Assembly (NCBI GenBank): GCA_964420405.1
Contig: CAYQTL010000004.1
Span: 71,706 to 135,705, forward strand
Direction: 5' to 3'
From: an uncultured Thermoanaerobaculia bacterium
GTDB taxonomy: Bacteria; Acidobacteriota; Thermoanaerobaculia; Thermoanaerobaculales; Sulfomarinibacteraceae
Length of the DNA: 64,000 nt
The position numbers and the translations under genes were made by a program. Under the pieces are notes generated by a model. That model saw only the letters and a program-made list of their open reading frames with translations. It did no database searches and was not told the DNA's origin. Below, piece by piece: positions 1-9,332 of this stretch; the first letter of the stretch is position 1; each line of letters begins with the position of its first letter.

Positions 1-1632
1 CGCCGCCGCCTCCAGCACCTCGGCGTGCTCGCCGGCGTCGTGGGCCTCCCACATGACGGCGTGCAGCCGCAGGGCGTTCCGGGCGTGCTCGAGCTGGTCG
101 CCGAGGCCGGGGTACGCCTCGAGCTCCGGCCCGGCGAGCCCCTGCAGGCCGGCGACGCCGCGCCGAAGCATGCGGATGCTGCCGATCTCGAGGCCGCCCC
201 GCAGGTCGCGGATGGTGCGCTCGCGGTTGGCGCCGGCGATCGCCGTCATCGCGCGGTCGTACAGCTCGCGCTCGTCCTCGCGCAGGGCGTCGACCTCGTC
301 GTTGGTGATCCCGTCCAGCGCCGTCTCGGCGGTCGCCATGTCACCCTCGTCGACTGCCGCCACCGCCGCCAGCAGCGCGGGATGGACCGGCTGCGGGGCG
401 GGGGTCGGGGTCGGTCGCGCGGCGGCCGTCGGACGCGGCGTCGGCGCGAGCTCGGCGACCGGCGCCATCTGCGGCTCGGCCGGCGACAGCACCCGGCCGG
501 TGAGCGCGGTGACCGCCCCCAACAGGACGACCGACGCCACCGCCGCCGCCACCAGACCCCACGGGGTACGAGGCGGTCCGGAAACGGCCGGACCGGCCGG
601 CTCGAGACGCGGCTCGGGCTCCTCCTCCGGAGACCTCGGTGGGAGGGATGCGGCCGCGGACGGCGACCGTGGAACGGGTCCGGGATCCGGCTCCCACCCG
701 TTCTCGGAGACCGGCGCGCCGATCACCGCCGGATCGAGGGCCGGATCGGTCTTGTTGGGGTCGAATCCGGCGGAGGCATCCTCGGGCGCCGGCTCCAGGA
801 GCTCCCCGCCGCCGAGCACCGCGGCCGGCAGGGCGGTCCACAGGGCCTCGCCGAGCTTCGGGTAGGTGACGTGCCGCCGCGACGGGTCGGCGCACAGGGA
901 CGCGGCGAGGAGGGGCTCGAGCCGATCGGCGGCGCCGAGCCGGGCCCGGACCTCCACAGGCAGCACGACGGTGGGCGCCTGCGAGCCGAGACCTCCGACC
1001 TCGGCGCCGAGCAGCTCGCAGGTGATCAGCGCCAGGGAGTACAGATCCGACTCGACGCCGACCGGGCCGCGATCCGGGTCGAAGCGCTCCGGTGCGGTGA
1101 ACCGGTCCGAGTCGGGCGAGTGGCCGAGCAGGGCACCGGCCCGGCCGTCCTCGAGGAACGCCGCGGTCCCGAAGCCGACGATCGTCGCCTCGTCGCCGCC
1201 GGCGCTCTCCACCACCAGGACGTTGTCGGGGCTCAGGTTGTGGTGGAACACGCTGCCGCGGGACAGCGCCTCCAGGGTCGCCGCGACCTGCAGCACCGCC
1301 TGCAGCGACCGCTCCGGCGGACCCCCGGCGAGGCTGCCGAGGGACACGCCGTCGACGCGCTCCATCACCATGAACGCGCTGCCGTCGTGGGCGAGCCCGA
1401 AGTCGTACAGCTCCGGGAAGCCGCTCGGACGCAGGAGCTGCAGGGCGCCCATCGCCCGGCTGAACTCCCGGCGCCCGCGCTGCGGGTCGGCGCCGGCGGG
1501 CGGCGCGATCAGCTTGACGACGACCGGCCCGCCGTCGGTCCGCCGGGTGGACTCGTAGACCGTGCACTGGGGAGAGGCCGACAGCACCCGCACCATCGGG
1601 TACTCATTGCCGATGTCCCGCAGCTCGCTCAT
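1..1632 (-). CDS. Ser/Thr protein kinase-like protein, first 544 codons (3' end lies beyond the left window edge). Catalytic motifs are degenerate, so this is a predicted pseudokinase, with a Pro-rich linker and one TM helix.
   Basis: Hand translation of the minus strand from the ATG (complement of 1630-1632) gives MSELRDIGNEYPMVRVLSASPQCTVYESTRRTDGGPVVVKLIAPP... The kinase fold is visible, but the catalytic loop reads VFHHNLSPDNVLV (consensus HRDLKPxN) and the DFG position reads VGFG. The frame stays open to base 1, so it is absent from the ORF track. GGGAG lies 7 nt upstream of the ATG. Confidence 0.7.
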   Translation of the reverse strand, partial: MSELRDIGNEYPMVRVLSASPQCTVYESTRRTDGGPVVVKLIAPPAGADPQRGRREFSRAMGALQLLRPSGFPELYDFGLAHDGSAFMVMERVDGVSLGSLAGGPPERSLQAVLQVAATLEALSRGSVFHHNLSPDNVLVVESAGGDEATIVGFGTAAFLEDGRAGALLGHSPDSDRFTAPERFDPDRGPVGVESDLYSLALITCELLGAEVGGLGSQAPTVVLPVEVRARLGAADRLEPLLAASLCADPSRRHVTYPKLGEALWTALPAAVLGGGELLEPAPEDASAGFDPNKTDPALDPAVIGAPVSENGWEPDPGPVPRSPSAAASLPPRSPEEEPEPRLEPAGPAVSGPPRTPWGLVAAAVASVVLLGAVTALTGRVLSPAEPQMAPVAELAPTPRPTAAARPTPTPAPQPVHPALLAAVAAVDEGDMATAETALDGITNDEVDALREDERELYDRAMTAIAGANRERTIRDLRGGLEIGSIRMLRRGVAGLQGLAGPELEAYPGLGDQLEHARNALRLHAVMWEAHDAGEHAEVLEAAA

Positions 1633-1826
1633 GCCCGCGCTCCCATCCCCCGCGGCCGTCCCCGGACCGCCGCCAGGATCACGCCACTGTGGCGTCTCCG
1701 CGCCGGGCGGTCCGTGACGACGGCCACCCGTGACATCGCTCGCCGTGGGTCGAGTATACGACGGGCGTCGTGACGCCCCCCGCGCGACCCGGCAGCGAGC
1801 CGCGGTCCGCGGTGCGCGGCCGGCCG

Positions 1827-4800
1827 CTACCGCGTCTCGTACCCCGGGCGTTCCGGCGGCTGCGGCGGGGCCTCCTCGAGGCGCTCGAGGATCCACTCGA
1901 TCGCCCGCTCGAGCTGGGGGTCGCCGCCGTCGACCATCTGCGCCGGGTCATCGACGACCTCGATGTCGGGAGCCACGCCGACGCCTTCCACCGCCCACTC
2001 GCCCTCGGTGGTGTAGAACGCGAACGTCGGCACGGTGACAACTCCGCCGTCGACCAGCGGAGGCACGCCGGAGATGCCGATCAGGCCGCCCCAGGTGCGG
2101 GTACCGATGAGCGGCCCCAGCCCGGCCTGCCGGAAGTACCAGGGGAACAGATCGCCGCCCGAGCCCGACCAGCCGTTGATCAGCATCGCCTGCGGGCCGT
2201 CGTGGGCGACCGGCGGTGACTGCCAGTCCCTCGGCCCGCGCACCGCCCAGTAGTTCAGCGGCTCCCGGGCGAGCAGCTCGACGAACCGGTCGGGGATCTG
2301 GCCGCCGTTGTTGAACCGCTCGTCGACGATGACGCCGTCCTTGTGGATCTGGGCACGGTACATCCGAAACAGCTCGTCCTGGCCGTCGATGCCGGTGGAC
2401 GGGACGTAGACGTAGCCGACCCGACCGTCGGTGGCCTCCTCGACCATCCGGCGCTTGGCCTCGATCCACTCGAGGTTGCGCAGCCTCGCCTCGTCGTCGA
2501 GGGTCTCGACCAGCACCTCGCGCGCGCCGTCAGTCGACGGCCGGTCGTTGACCGTCAGCGCGACGGTCTGCCCGGCCAACCCCTGGAACGCCGCCCACGG
2601 GTCCTTCGACGGGTCGACCGGGACGCCGTTGACCGCCAGCACCCAGTCGCCCTCGGACACCTCCACGCCGGGCTGGTCGAGTGGCGAGCGCACCTCGCTG
2701 TCCCACGGCGCGCCGCGAACGATGCGGGCGATCCGGTAGGCGCCGTCGGCGAGCTCCCAGTCGACGCCGAGCAGGCCGACCGAGCGCCGCGGCGCCTGCT
2801 CGAGGTCGCCCCCGCCACGGTAGGCGTGGGACGCGTTGAGCTCCCCGATCAGCTCGCCGAGGAGGAAGTTCAGGTCCCAGCGGGTGACGACGTCGTCGAG
2901 CAGCGCGGCGTAGCGCTCGCCGACGGCCTGCCAGTCGACGCCGTGGAGGTTCGGGTCGTAGAAGTAGTCGCGCTGCAGACGCCACGCCTCGCGGAAGATC
3001 TGGCGCCACTCGGCCGGCGGATCGACCGTCGTCTCCAGCCCGTCGAGGTCGAGGGGCTCCTCGAGGCTCTGATCCGCGGCCACGTCCACGATCGCCCAGC
3101 TGCCGCCGGCCGCCACCAGCAGGTGCTCGCCGTCGGAGCTCGGGTCGTAGTCGTCGACGTCCGCGAGGATCTGCTGCTCCTCGCGCTCCTCGAGGTCCCA
3201 CAACGCCAACGGCGTGTCCTCGTCGTCGGCACCGGTGTTCGGCAGACGGCGGTACAGCACCTTGCCCGAGACGGCCGCGAGGTCGGTGTACCGGCCGGGA
3301 TCCAGCGGCAGGCGGACCGCGCGCCGCTCGAATCCCCCCAGGTCGATCGCGACGGGCGGGACCTCGTCGTCGGCGCCGTTCCCGTCCGTCGGGTCGCCAC
3401 CCTCGTCGTCGGCGTCGCCCTCCCCGTCGTCGTCGGCGCCGTCCGCCGTCTCCTCGTCGTTGCGGGGCGCCAGCGGAGACGGGACGTCACTCCGCAGCGG
3501 GACCGCCATCACGAGGGTCGGGTTGGCGTACACCCAGGTGTTGTCGAAGGGGCCGTACAACGCGTCGAAGTGCTGCGCCGAGAGGTAGTACAGGTACTCG
3601 CCGGCGGGGTCGAACACCGGCTGCGACGCGTCGTAGAAGCCCGACGTGACGCGGTGGAGCCCGCCGTCCGAGGTGTCGTAGAGGAACACCGCGTCGAGCT
3701 GGGTCTCGACGACCTTCGAGTACGCCAGCCAGCGGCTGTCGGGCGACCACGCGAGATGGAAGCGCTCCAGCGACGGGTGGTTCATCCACCAGGTGGAGTC
3801 CACCTCGACGACGGTCCCGGCGCTCACGTCCACCATGCGCACGGTCAGCGTGCTGTCGATGAAGGCGAGCCGGGTGCTGTCGGGAGACCACACCGGCGGG
3901 TACCGGAAGCCGCGGCCGATGGCGGTGACGGTGCGTTCCTCGCCGGAGCCGTCGGCCGGCCGCACAACCAGCTCGTACTCGCCCGAGCGGTCCGAGAAGA
4001 AGGCCACGGTCGTCCCGTCGGGCGACCACGCCGGGTAGCGCTCCGCGACCCCCGGCGACCGCGTCAGGTTGCGGGTGACGCCGTGCTCGGCCGGGACCGT
4101 GAACACCTCGCCGCGGGCCTCGAACACCGCCCGCCTGCCGGACGGGAACACGTCGCCCCAGGCGACGTCGGAGCCGACCGGCTCGGCCCGGGGCAACAGC
4201 GTCGCCCGGTCCGTGACGACGTCGACCTCGACCTCGCGCGAAGCCTCGGTCTCGAGATCGAGCAGGTACAGCCGGCCGCCGTTCTCGAACACGATCTCGT
4301 CGGGACCGATCGACGGGAAGCGGACGTCGAAGTCCTCGAACCGCGTCACCTGGCGGAGCTCGTCGGTCGCCAGGTCGTGGGCCCACAGGTTGGAGCGCAT
4401 GCTCTCGTCGCGGTCGGACAGGAAGTAGACGGTGTCGCCGTGCCACATCGGCTGGCCGTCGTTGGCGGGGTGCTCGGTGAGCCGTCGCGAGGTCAGATCC
4501 TCCAGGTCGAACAGCCAGATGTCGGGCGCCATCCCGCCCCGGTACCGCTTCCAGGTCCGGAAGTCGCGGCTCAACGGCGTGTAGGCGATCCTCCGGCCGT
4601 CCGGCGACAGGCTCCCGAACTCGCCGTAGGGGACCGGCAGCACCGCGGGCAGGCCGCCCTCGGCCGACAGCCGGTACAGCTGCCGGAAGCGCTGCTTGCC
4701 CGACGCCATCCCGGAGGCGAGCAGGATCGAGCGGCCGTCGGGGTACCAGTCGAGCATCCGGTCGCCGTCGGGATGGTGGGTCAGCCGCCGCGGCACGCCA

Positions 4801-5087
4801 CCTGCGGTCGGCATCACGTAGATGTCCTCGTTGCCGTCGTAGTTGGCGGTGAAGGCGATCCGCGCGCCGTCGGGGCTGAACCGCGGGAAGCTCTCCTCGC
4901 CCTCCGGCGTGCTGAGCCGGACGGCGGTGCCGCCCTCCTTGGGTGCGACCCAGATGTCCCCCGCGTAGACGAACGCGATCCGGTCGTGGGACACGTCCGG
5001 GAAGCGCAGCATCCGAGCGTCCACCTGGGCCTCGGCGGCCGTGGCGGCGGCGAGCAGCACGAGCGCGACGGCAACGGCGTTCCTCAT
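1827..5087 (-). CDS. Tricorn protease homologue (S41B peptidase with beta-propellers and PDZ), secreted
   Basis: ORF track, 1086 aa. Signal peptide MRNAVAVALVLLAAATAAEA. Repeated propeller motifs RFSPDGARIAF, SLSPDGRRIAY, AWSPDGTTVAF, VWSPDSTRLAF and AWSPDSRWLAY. C-terminal S41-type region with GWSGSGGD. Confidence 0.9.
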   Translation of the reverse strand: MRNAVAVALVLLAAATAAEAQVDARMLRFPDVSHDRIAFVYAGDIWVAPKEGGTAVRLSTPEGEESFPRFSPDGARIAFTANYDGNEDIYVMPTAGGVPRRLTHHPDGDRMLDWYPDGRSILLASGMASGKQRFRQLYRLSAEGGLPAVLPVPYGEFGSLSPDGRRIAYTPLSRDFRTWKRYRGGMAPDIWLFDLEDLTSRRLTEHPANDGQPMWHGDTVYFLSDRDESMRSNLWAHDLATDELRQVTRFEDFDVRFPSIGPDEIVFENGGRLYLLDLETEASREVEVDVVTDRATLLPRAEPVGSDVAWGDVFPSGRRAVFEARGEVFTVPAEHGVTRNLTRSPGVAERYPAWSPDGTTVAFFSDRSGEYELVVRPADGSGEERTVTAIGRGFRYPPVWSPDSTRLAFIDSTLTVRMVDVSAGTVVEVDSTWWMNHPSLERFHLAWSPDSRWLAYSKVVETQLDAVFLYDTSDGGLHRVTSGFYDASQPVFDPAGEYLYYLSAQHFDALYGPFDNTWVYANPTLVMAVPLRSDVPSPLAPRNDEETADGADDDGEGDADDEGGDPTDGNGADDEVPPVAIDLGGFERRAVRLPLDPGRYTDLAAVSGKVLYRRLPNTGADDEDTPLALWDLEEREEQQILADVDDYDPSSDGEHLLVAAGGSWAIVDVAADQSLEEPLDLDGLETTVDPPAEWRQIFREAWRLQRDYFYDPNLHGVDWQAVGERYAALLDDVVTRWDLNFLLGELIGELNASHAYRGGGDLEQAPRRSVGLLGVDWELADGAYRIARIVRGAPWDSEVRSPLDQPGVEVSEGDWVLAVNGVPVDPSKDPWAAFQGLAGQTVALTVNDRPSTDGAREVLVETLDDEARLRNLEWIEAKRRMVEEATDGRVGYVYVPSTGIDGQDELFRMYRAQIHKDGVIVDERFNNGGQIPDRFVELLAREPLNYWAVRGPRDWQSPPVAHDGPQAMLINGWSGSGGDLFPWYFRQAGLGPLIGTRTWGGLIGISGVPPLVDGGVVTVPTFAFYTTEGEWAVEGVGVAPDIEVVDDPAQMVDGGDPQLERAIEWILERLEEAPPQPPERPGYETR

Positions 5088-5174
5088 CCTCTCCTCCAGC
5101 CCCGGTCCGCTCCCGTCGGTCCGGGGACGAACCCGGAGTGTATACCGCCCCGACCCCCGTCCGGTTTCGGCCCC

Positions 5175-5222
5175 GGAGCCGAACCCGTTCCCGATCCCGA
5201 TCCCGTTCCCGATCCCGACGCC
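5175..5222. repeat. HAE single arm of eight hexamer units: ggagcc gaaccc gttccc gatccc gatccc gttccc gatccc gacgcc
   Basis: Read directly from the sequence. It lies in the divergent intergenic region between the tricorn and PilZ genes and ends with the family boundary TCCCGACG. Confidence 0.8.
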
Positions 5223-5366
5223 TTGAGTGGCCGTACCGATCCCCCGCTCCCGGCCGCCGGCGGTGGCGACGCCCGACCATCACAGCTGGTCCGGGATCGC
5301 GGACGGCGGGGCGCTTCCTCCGGCGGCGGTCGAGCGGAATCGGGCGAACCGGTGTACAGTAGCGGG

Positions 5367-6092
5367 ATGCGGTCGCCAACCCACCGGGTGCTGCTCGCCG
5401 GCATGGCGGGCGACGAGGCCAGACCCTACGGCGAAGCCCTCGAGCGGACGGGCTTCGACGTCGTGGTCGTGGCCGAGGCCGAGCGCGCGTCGGCGATGCT
5501 GGAGGGGGGGCGCTTCGGGGCGGTCGTCGCGGCTCATCCCATGCCGCCCGGCGTGCTCGGGCGGCTCCTGACGATCCTGCGCGGTCGCAACTCGGTCAAC
5601 AACGCCGCCGGACTGGTGCTGCTCGCGCCGGCCGACGGGCTGCGGGCGGCGGCGAGCCTGGTCGGCCGCGGAGTCACCCGCGCCCTGTCCCGAAGCGAGG
5701 ATCCGCTCGTGCTGGCAGTGGTCATCCAGCGAATCGTCGAGCTGGGATCCGTCACGATGCGACGGGTCCCGAGCCAGCTCGAGGTGGTCAGCGCCGGCGA
5801 CCGGACCCGCTGGCAAACCGTGGACGTGTCCGGTTTCGGGATGATGGTCGCGACCCGGACCCCACCGGCCATCGGCGGCGACCTCCGGTTCACACTCGAG
5901 CTGCCGTCGGGGCCCGTGTCCGGCAAGCTCCGGGTGGTCCGGCACACGACCTCGGAGCGCGACGGCACCGAGGGGTTCGGCGCCCGGTTCCTCTCCCTCG
6001 ACGGCGACGGCCAGCGGCGGCTGCGTCAGTTCCTGGAGGCGGCCGAGCCGGACGACGGCGACGGCTCGACCCCGGCGCCGGGAGACCGCTGA
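5367..6092 (+). CDS. PilZ domain protein with an N-terminal degenerate receiver-like domain
   Basis: Last 242 codons of track ORF 2343..6092, starting at ATG 5367. PilZ signatures RRVPSQL and DVSGFGMMV (RxxxR and DxSxxG). The N-terminal CheY-like region (VLLAGMAGDE ... GAVVAAHPMPPG) appears to lack the acceptor Asp. Confidence 0.75.
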   Translation: MRSPTHRVLLAGMAGDEARPYGEALERTGFDVVVVAEAERASAMLEGGRFGAVVAAHPMPPGVLGRLLTILRGRNSVNNAAGLVLLAPADGLRAAASLVGRGVTRALSRSEDPLVLAVVIQRIVELGSVTMRRVPSQLEVVSAGDRTRWQTVDVSGFGMMVATRTPPAIGGDLRFTLELPSGPVSGKLRVVRHTTSERDGTEGFGARFLSLDGDGQRRLRQFLEAAEPDDGDGSTPAPGDR

Positions 6093-6474
6093 CCCTCGTT
6101 GGTTGCCGGCACCGGTCTCGCCTCCGGCTCGAGACCGAAGCCCCACGGGCACCGGGTCCAGGTCGTCGCTACGGGCGGCACGGGTCCGAGCGGCCGCGCC
6201 GCCACCGCCCATCCCGGCACCGCCGACACCAGACCGGAGCCGGCGGCGATGCCGACACCGAGCTCACGGCCCCGACCCGGCTCCACGCCGAGGGCGAGCA
6301 CCGTGACCGGACGATGGTCGGCGAACCGGAGCATCGCGACGGCGGCGAACGCCGGGGTCGGTGTCGCGGTCCGACGGGACGACATCCTGTCGCTCCTCGG
6401 GACAGGGCCACGCCGGTCACGCTCCACCGGCGCGTCGGACTCTGCGACAATGGCCGGCGCGGAGGGTCCCGACC

Positions 6475-9114
6475 ATGCTGCACGCCGCCCGGGCCGTCGC
6501 GTCGATCGCGCTCGCCTCGACCTGGCTGGTCGCCGGCGCCGCCACGGCTCTCGAGCCGCCCACCCCGGAGCAGCTCGAGCGGTATCGCCGTGACGGGTCG
6601 CTCGCGAGACGCGCCGCGGCCGCCGCCACCTGGGGCAACCACCTCGTCGCACCCGCCCTCGCGGCCCGGCTCCCATCCGGCGCCGGGCGCAAGGCCCAGC
6701 CCGATCTCCCCGGCGTGCTGCCGAGCAGCGGCAGCCGGCACACGTTCGCGCTGCTGATCTCGTTCGCCGACCAACCGGGCTTCACCGACCCCACGGTGGT
6801 CGACGACGCGCTGTTCGGCGCCGGCGACCCGGACGGGTTCCCGTACGAGAGCCTGCGGGGGTTCTACCTGCGCTCCTCCTACGGCCTGCTCGACCTCGGT
6901 GGCTCGACCCTCGGGTGGTACCAGGCTCCCTACCCCCGCGACCAGGTCCAGGAGACGACCGCCGGGCGCGAGGCACTGATCGTCGAGGCGATCCGGCACT
7001 TCGACGACGCCGGCCACGACTTCGCCCGCTACGACAACGACGGCGACGGCGCGATCGACTACTTCCTGGTCATCTGGACGGGTCCCCACGGGGAGTGGGC
7101 GGAGTTCTGGTGGGGCTACCTGACGAGCGTGCAGCCCTCCAACCCCTTCCGGGTCGACGGCAAGCGGCTGTCGCTGTACTCCTGGCAGTGGGAGGCGTGG
7201 GACTGGCCCGGGACGTTCTCCCCGGGAGTCACGATCCACGAGACCGGCCACGCCCTCGGCCTGCCCGACTACTACGACTACGACGACACCGTCGGACCGC
7301 GGGGCGGCGTCGGCGGGCTCGACCAGATGGCCGGCAACTGGGGCGACCACAACGCGTTCAGCAAGTGGATGCTGGGCTGGGTCGACCCGATCCGGATCCA
7401 CGCTGCCCTGCACGACGTCACCGTCGCGCCCCTCGACCTCGAGCCGGACGCCGTCGTGGTGATGCACGGCGATCCGCCGGCCGACCCCTTTCGGGAGTAC
7501 TTCCTCGTGGAGCACCGGCGCCGCGGCGGCAACGACACGGGGTTCCCAGCCGACGGGCTGCTGATCTGGCACGTCGACGCCCGGACCTCGCCGAGCGGCG
7601 CGTTCCTGTACGACAACTCCTACACCGAGCACAAGCTCCTCCGCCTGATGGAGGCCGACGGGCTCGAGGAGATCGAGCAGGGCGGCCTCGCCAACGCCGG
7701 CGACTTCTACCGCGACGGCGATCTCTTCGGAACCGACACCACGCCGAGCTCCCACCGGTACGACGGCGCGCCCACCAACGTCGAGCTGTCCGAGATCGAG
7801 ACCACGGCCGGCGGGATGGCGTTCGAGGCGTGGCTCGGGTCGGGCTGCGCGATCTTCTGCGACGCCTCCATGCCCGAGACCGCGTGGCCGGGAGGTCCGG
7901 TGCCCTTCGAGATGAGCTTCTCGCTGGAGCTCTGCGGCGGGACCGCGGTCACGGTCGCCCAGGACTTCGGAGACGGCACGCCCGCGGGGGCGGCCGATTC
8001 GAGGCACGTCTACCGGCACCCCGGAACCTACGACTGGTCGCTGGACCTGACGTCGGGCGAGGCCTGGTGCGGCCGCAGCGGCTCGATTCTGGTGTGCGAG
8101 GACCCACGCTGCTGGTCGTGGTCGGAGAAGGCGCCGATGGCGAGGGGTCGCTACTTCCACACCCTGGCCGGCCTGCAGGACGGGACCGCGCTGGCGGTGG
8201 GCGACGGGTCGCCGGAGCGGTACCTTCCGTCCGCGAACGCCTGGTCCCCGACCGCGCCCATGAGCCTGCGGTACCTCGATCTCCGCGCGGTCACGTTGCC
8301 GGACGGGCGCGTGCTGGCAGCCGGCCCGACGCCGCTCGGAGGCTCCGGCGCAGAGCTGTACGACCCCGTTCTCGACCGCTGGTCGGTCACCGGCGGGCCG
8401 CTGCACGGTCGGGTTTCTGGGGGTCTCGCGGTGCTGGCCGACGGCCGTGTCCTCGCCGCCGGCGGGTTCGCGCCCACCACCGGGCAGGCCGTCCTCGAGA
8501 CCGAGCTGTACGACCCCGCGACCGGCGCGTGGAACGACGGCGGCCCGCTGTCCTCCGGCGTCGACGTCGCGGCCCTGACGCCCCTCGACGACGGCGGCGC
8601 CCTGCTCACCGGCGGCACGACCGCGGCACGTTTCGAACCGGCCACCGGCTCGTGGAGACAGCTCCGGGACCTGGCCTTCGAGCGCGTCTACCACGCCGCC
8701 GCACGGCTCCCGGACGGGCGGGTGATGCTCCTCGGAGGGTTCGAGACGACGTGGGTGATGGTGTTCGACCCCGCCACCGAGCGCTGGAGCATCGGCGGTC
8801 GGCTCGGAAGCACCAGGGTCGCACCCTCCGCGGTCCCGCTGTCCACCGGCGAGGTGCTCGTCAGCGGCGGCTTCGACAGCCAGGGCACGGTGCTCGCGAC
8901 CTCCGAGCTGTGGAACCCGGCCACCGTCACGTGGTCCGCGGCGGGCACGATGGGCGAGCGACGTGCCGCCCACGCCGCGGTGCTGCTGCCGGACGGCTCG
9001 ATCCTGGTCGGCGGCGGCCTGCGCTCGGTCCTCGACGGGCTCGAGACGACCGACACCACCGAGCGGTACGCCCCGCCGCCGGCACCCCCGCGGCGACCGT
9101 CCGGACGCCACTGA
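6475..9114 (+). CDS. Secreted M6-family (immune inhibitor A-like) zinc metalloprotease with a PKD-like domain and C-terminal Kelch-type beta-propeller
   Basis: HExxH motif in HETGHALGLPDYYD. Start moved to ATG 6475 (GGAGGG 8 nt upstream; signal peptide MLHAARAVASIALASTWLVAGAATA). PKD-like segment DFGDGT...HVYRHPGTYDW. Repeated LPDGRVL..GG...ELYDP..W Kelch-like units. Confidence 0.85.
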   Translation: MLHAARAVASIALASTWLVAGAATALEPPTPEQLERYRRDGSLARRAAAAATWGNHLVAPALAARLPSGAGRKAQPDLPGVLPSSGSRHTFALLISFADQPGFTDPTVVDDALFGAGDPDGFPYESLRGFYLRSSYGLLDLGGSTLGWYQAPYPRDQVQETTAGREALIVEAIRHFDDAGHDFARYDNDGDGAIDYFLVIWTGPHGEWAEFWWGYLTSVQPSNPFRVDGKRLSLYSWQWEAWDWPGTFSPGVTIHETGHALGLPDYYDYDDTVGPRGGVGGLDQMAGNWGDHNAFSKWMLGWVDPIRIHAALHDVTVAPLDLEPDAVVVMHGDPPADPFREYFLVEHRRRGGNDTGFPADGLLIWHVDARTSPSGAFLYDNSYTEHKLLRLMEADGLEEIEQGGLANAGDFYRDGDLFGTDTTPSSHRYDGAPTNVELSEIETTAGGMAFEAWLGSGCAIFCDASMPETAWPGGPVPFEMSFSLELCGGTAVTVAQDFGDGTPAGAADSRHVYRHPGTYDWSLDLTSGEAWCGRSGSILVCEDPRCWSWSEKAPMARGRYFHTLAGLQDGTALAVGDGSPERYLPSANAWSPTAPMSLRYLDLRAVTLPDGRVLAAGPTPLGGSGAELYDPVLDRWSVTGGPLHGRVSGGLAVLADGRVLAAGGFAPTTGQAVLETELYDPATGAWNDGGPLSSGVDVAALTPLDDGGALLTGGTTAARFEPATGSWRQLRDLAFERVYHAAARLPDGRVMLLGGFETTWVMVFDPATERWSIGGRLGSTRVAPSAVPLSTGEVLVSGGFDSQGTVLATSELWNPATVTWSAAGTMGERRAAHAAVLLPDGSILVGGGLRSVLDGLETTDTTERYAPPPAPPRRPSGRH

Positions 9115-9294
9115 CGCCGGCCGGCATCGCCCCGGCGGACCCCGGCGGACGCCCTCGCGGGCCGAAGGAGGGAGCCCTCGTCTCGCGCCGCCGTCCCATC
9201 CCGGGACCGTGTGTTCCCGATCGGTACAGACGTGTCCGTGAGGATCACTCGACGGGCGGCGCCCATCGTGGCGCGCTCCTTGCAGTCCTTCGAA

Positions 9295-9319
9295 GGCGCC
9301 GGAGCCCCGCTCCGGCGCC
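9295..9319 (+). promoter_or_regulatory. Perfect GC-rich hairpin (11-bp stem ggcgccggagc / gctccggcgcc, 3-nt loop) ending 1 nt before the GGAGGA Shine-Dalgarno of the next gene. Could be terminator-like or a translational control hairpin.
   Basis: Inverted repeat read directly from the sequence. There is no T-tract, so intrinsic-terminator status is uncertain. Confidence 0.4.
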
Positions 9320-9332
9320 TGGAGGATCGACG

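Noticed and set aside
25-1773. ORFs 25..1773 (plus), 341..1567 (minus) and 866..1558 (plus)
   Set aside because: These are off-frame or antisense to the kinase-like gene read by hand on the minus strand (start 1632). The translations are Arg-rich nonsense.
2343-6092. 1249-aa plus-strand ORF in the track
   Set aside because: About 3 kb of it is antisense to the strongly supported tricorn protease gene, and the translation is Arg/Gly/Val/Pro-rich low-complexity sequence. Only the last 242 codons (5367-6092, the PilZ protein) look real. This is a typical high-GC shadow ORF.
6169-9111. 980-aa minus-strand ORF (also 6915..9800 on the plus strand, 961 aa)
   Set aside because: It is antisense or off-frame to the M6 metalloprotease gene, which has clear HExxH, PKD and Kelch motifs. 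The translations are Arg/Gly/Pro-rich with no recognisable domains.
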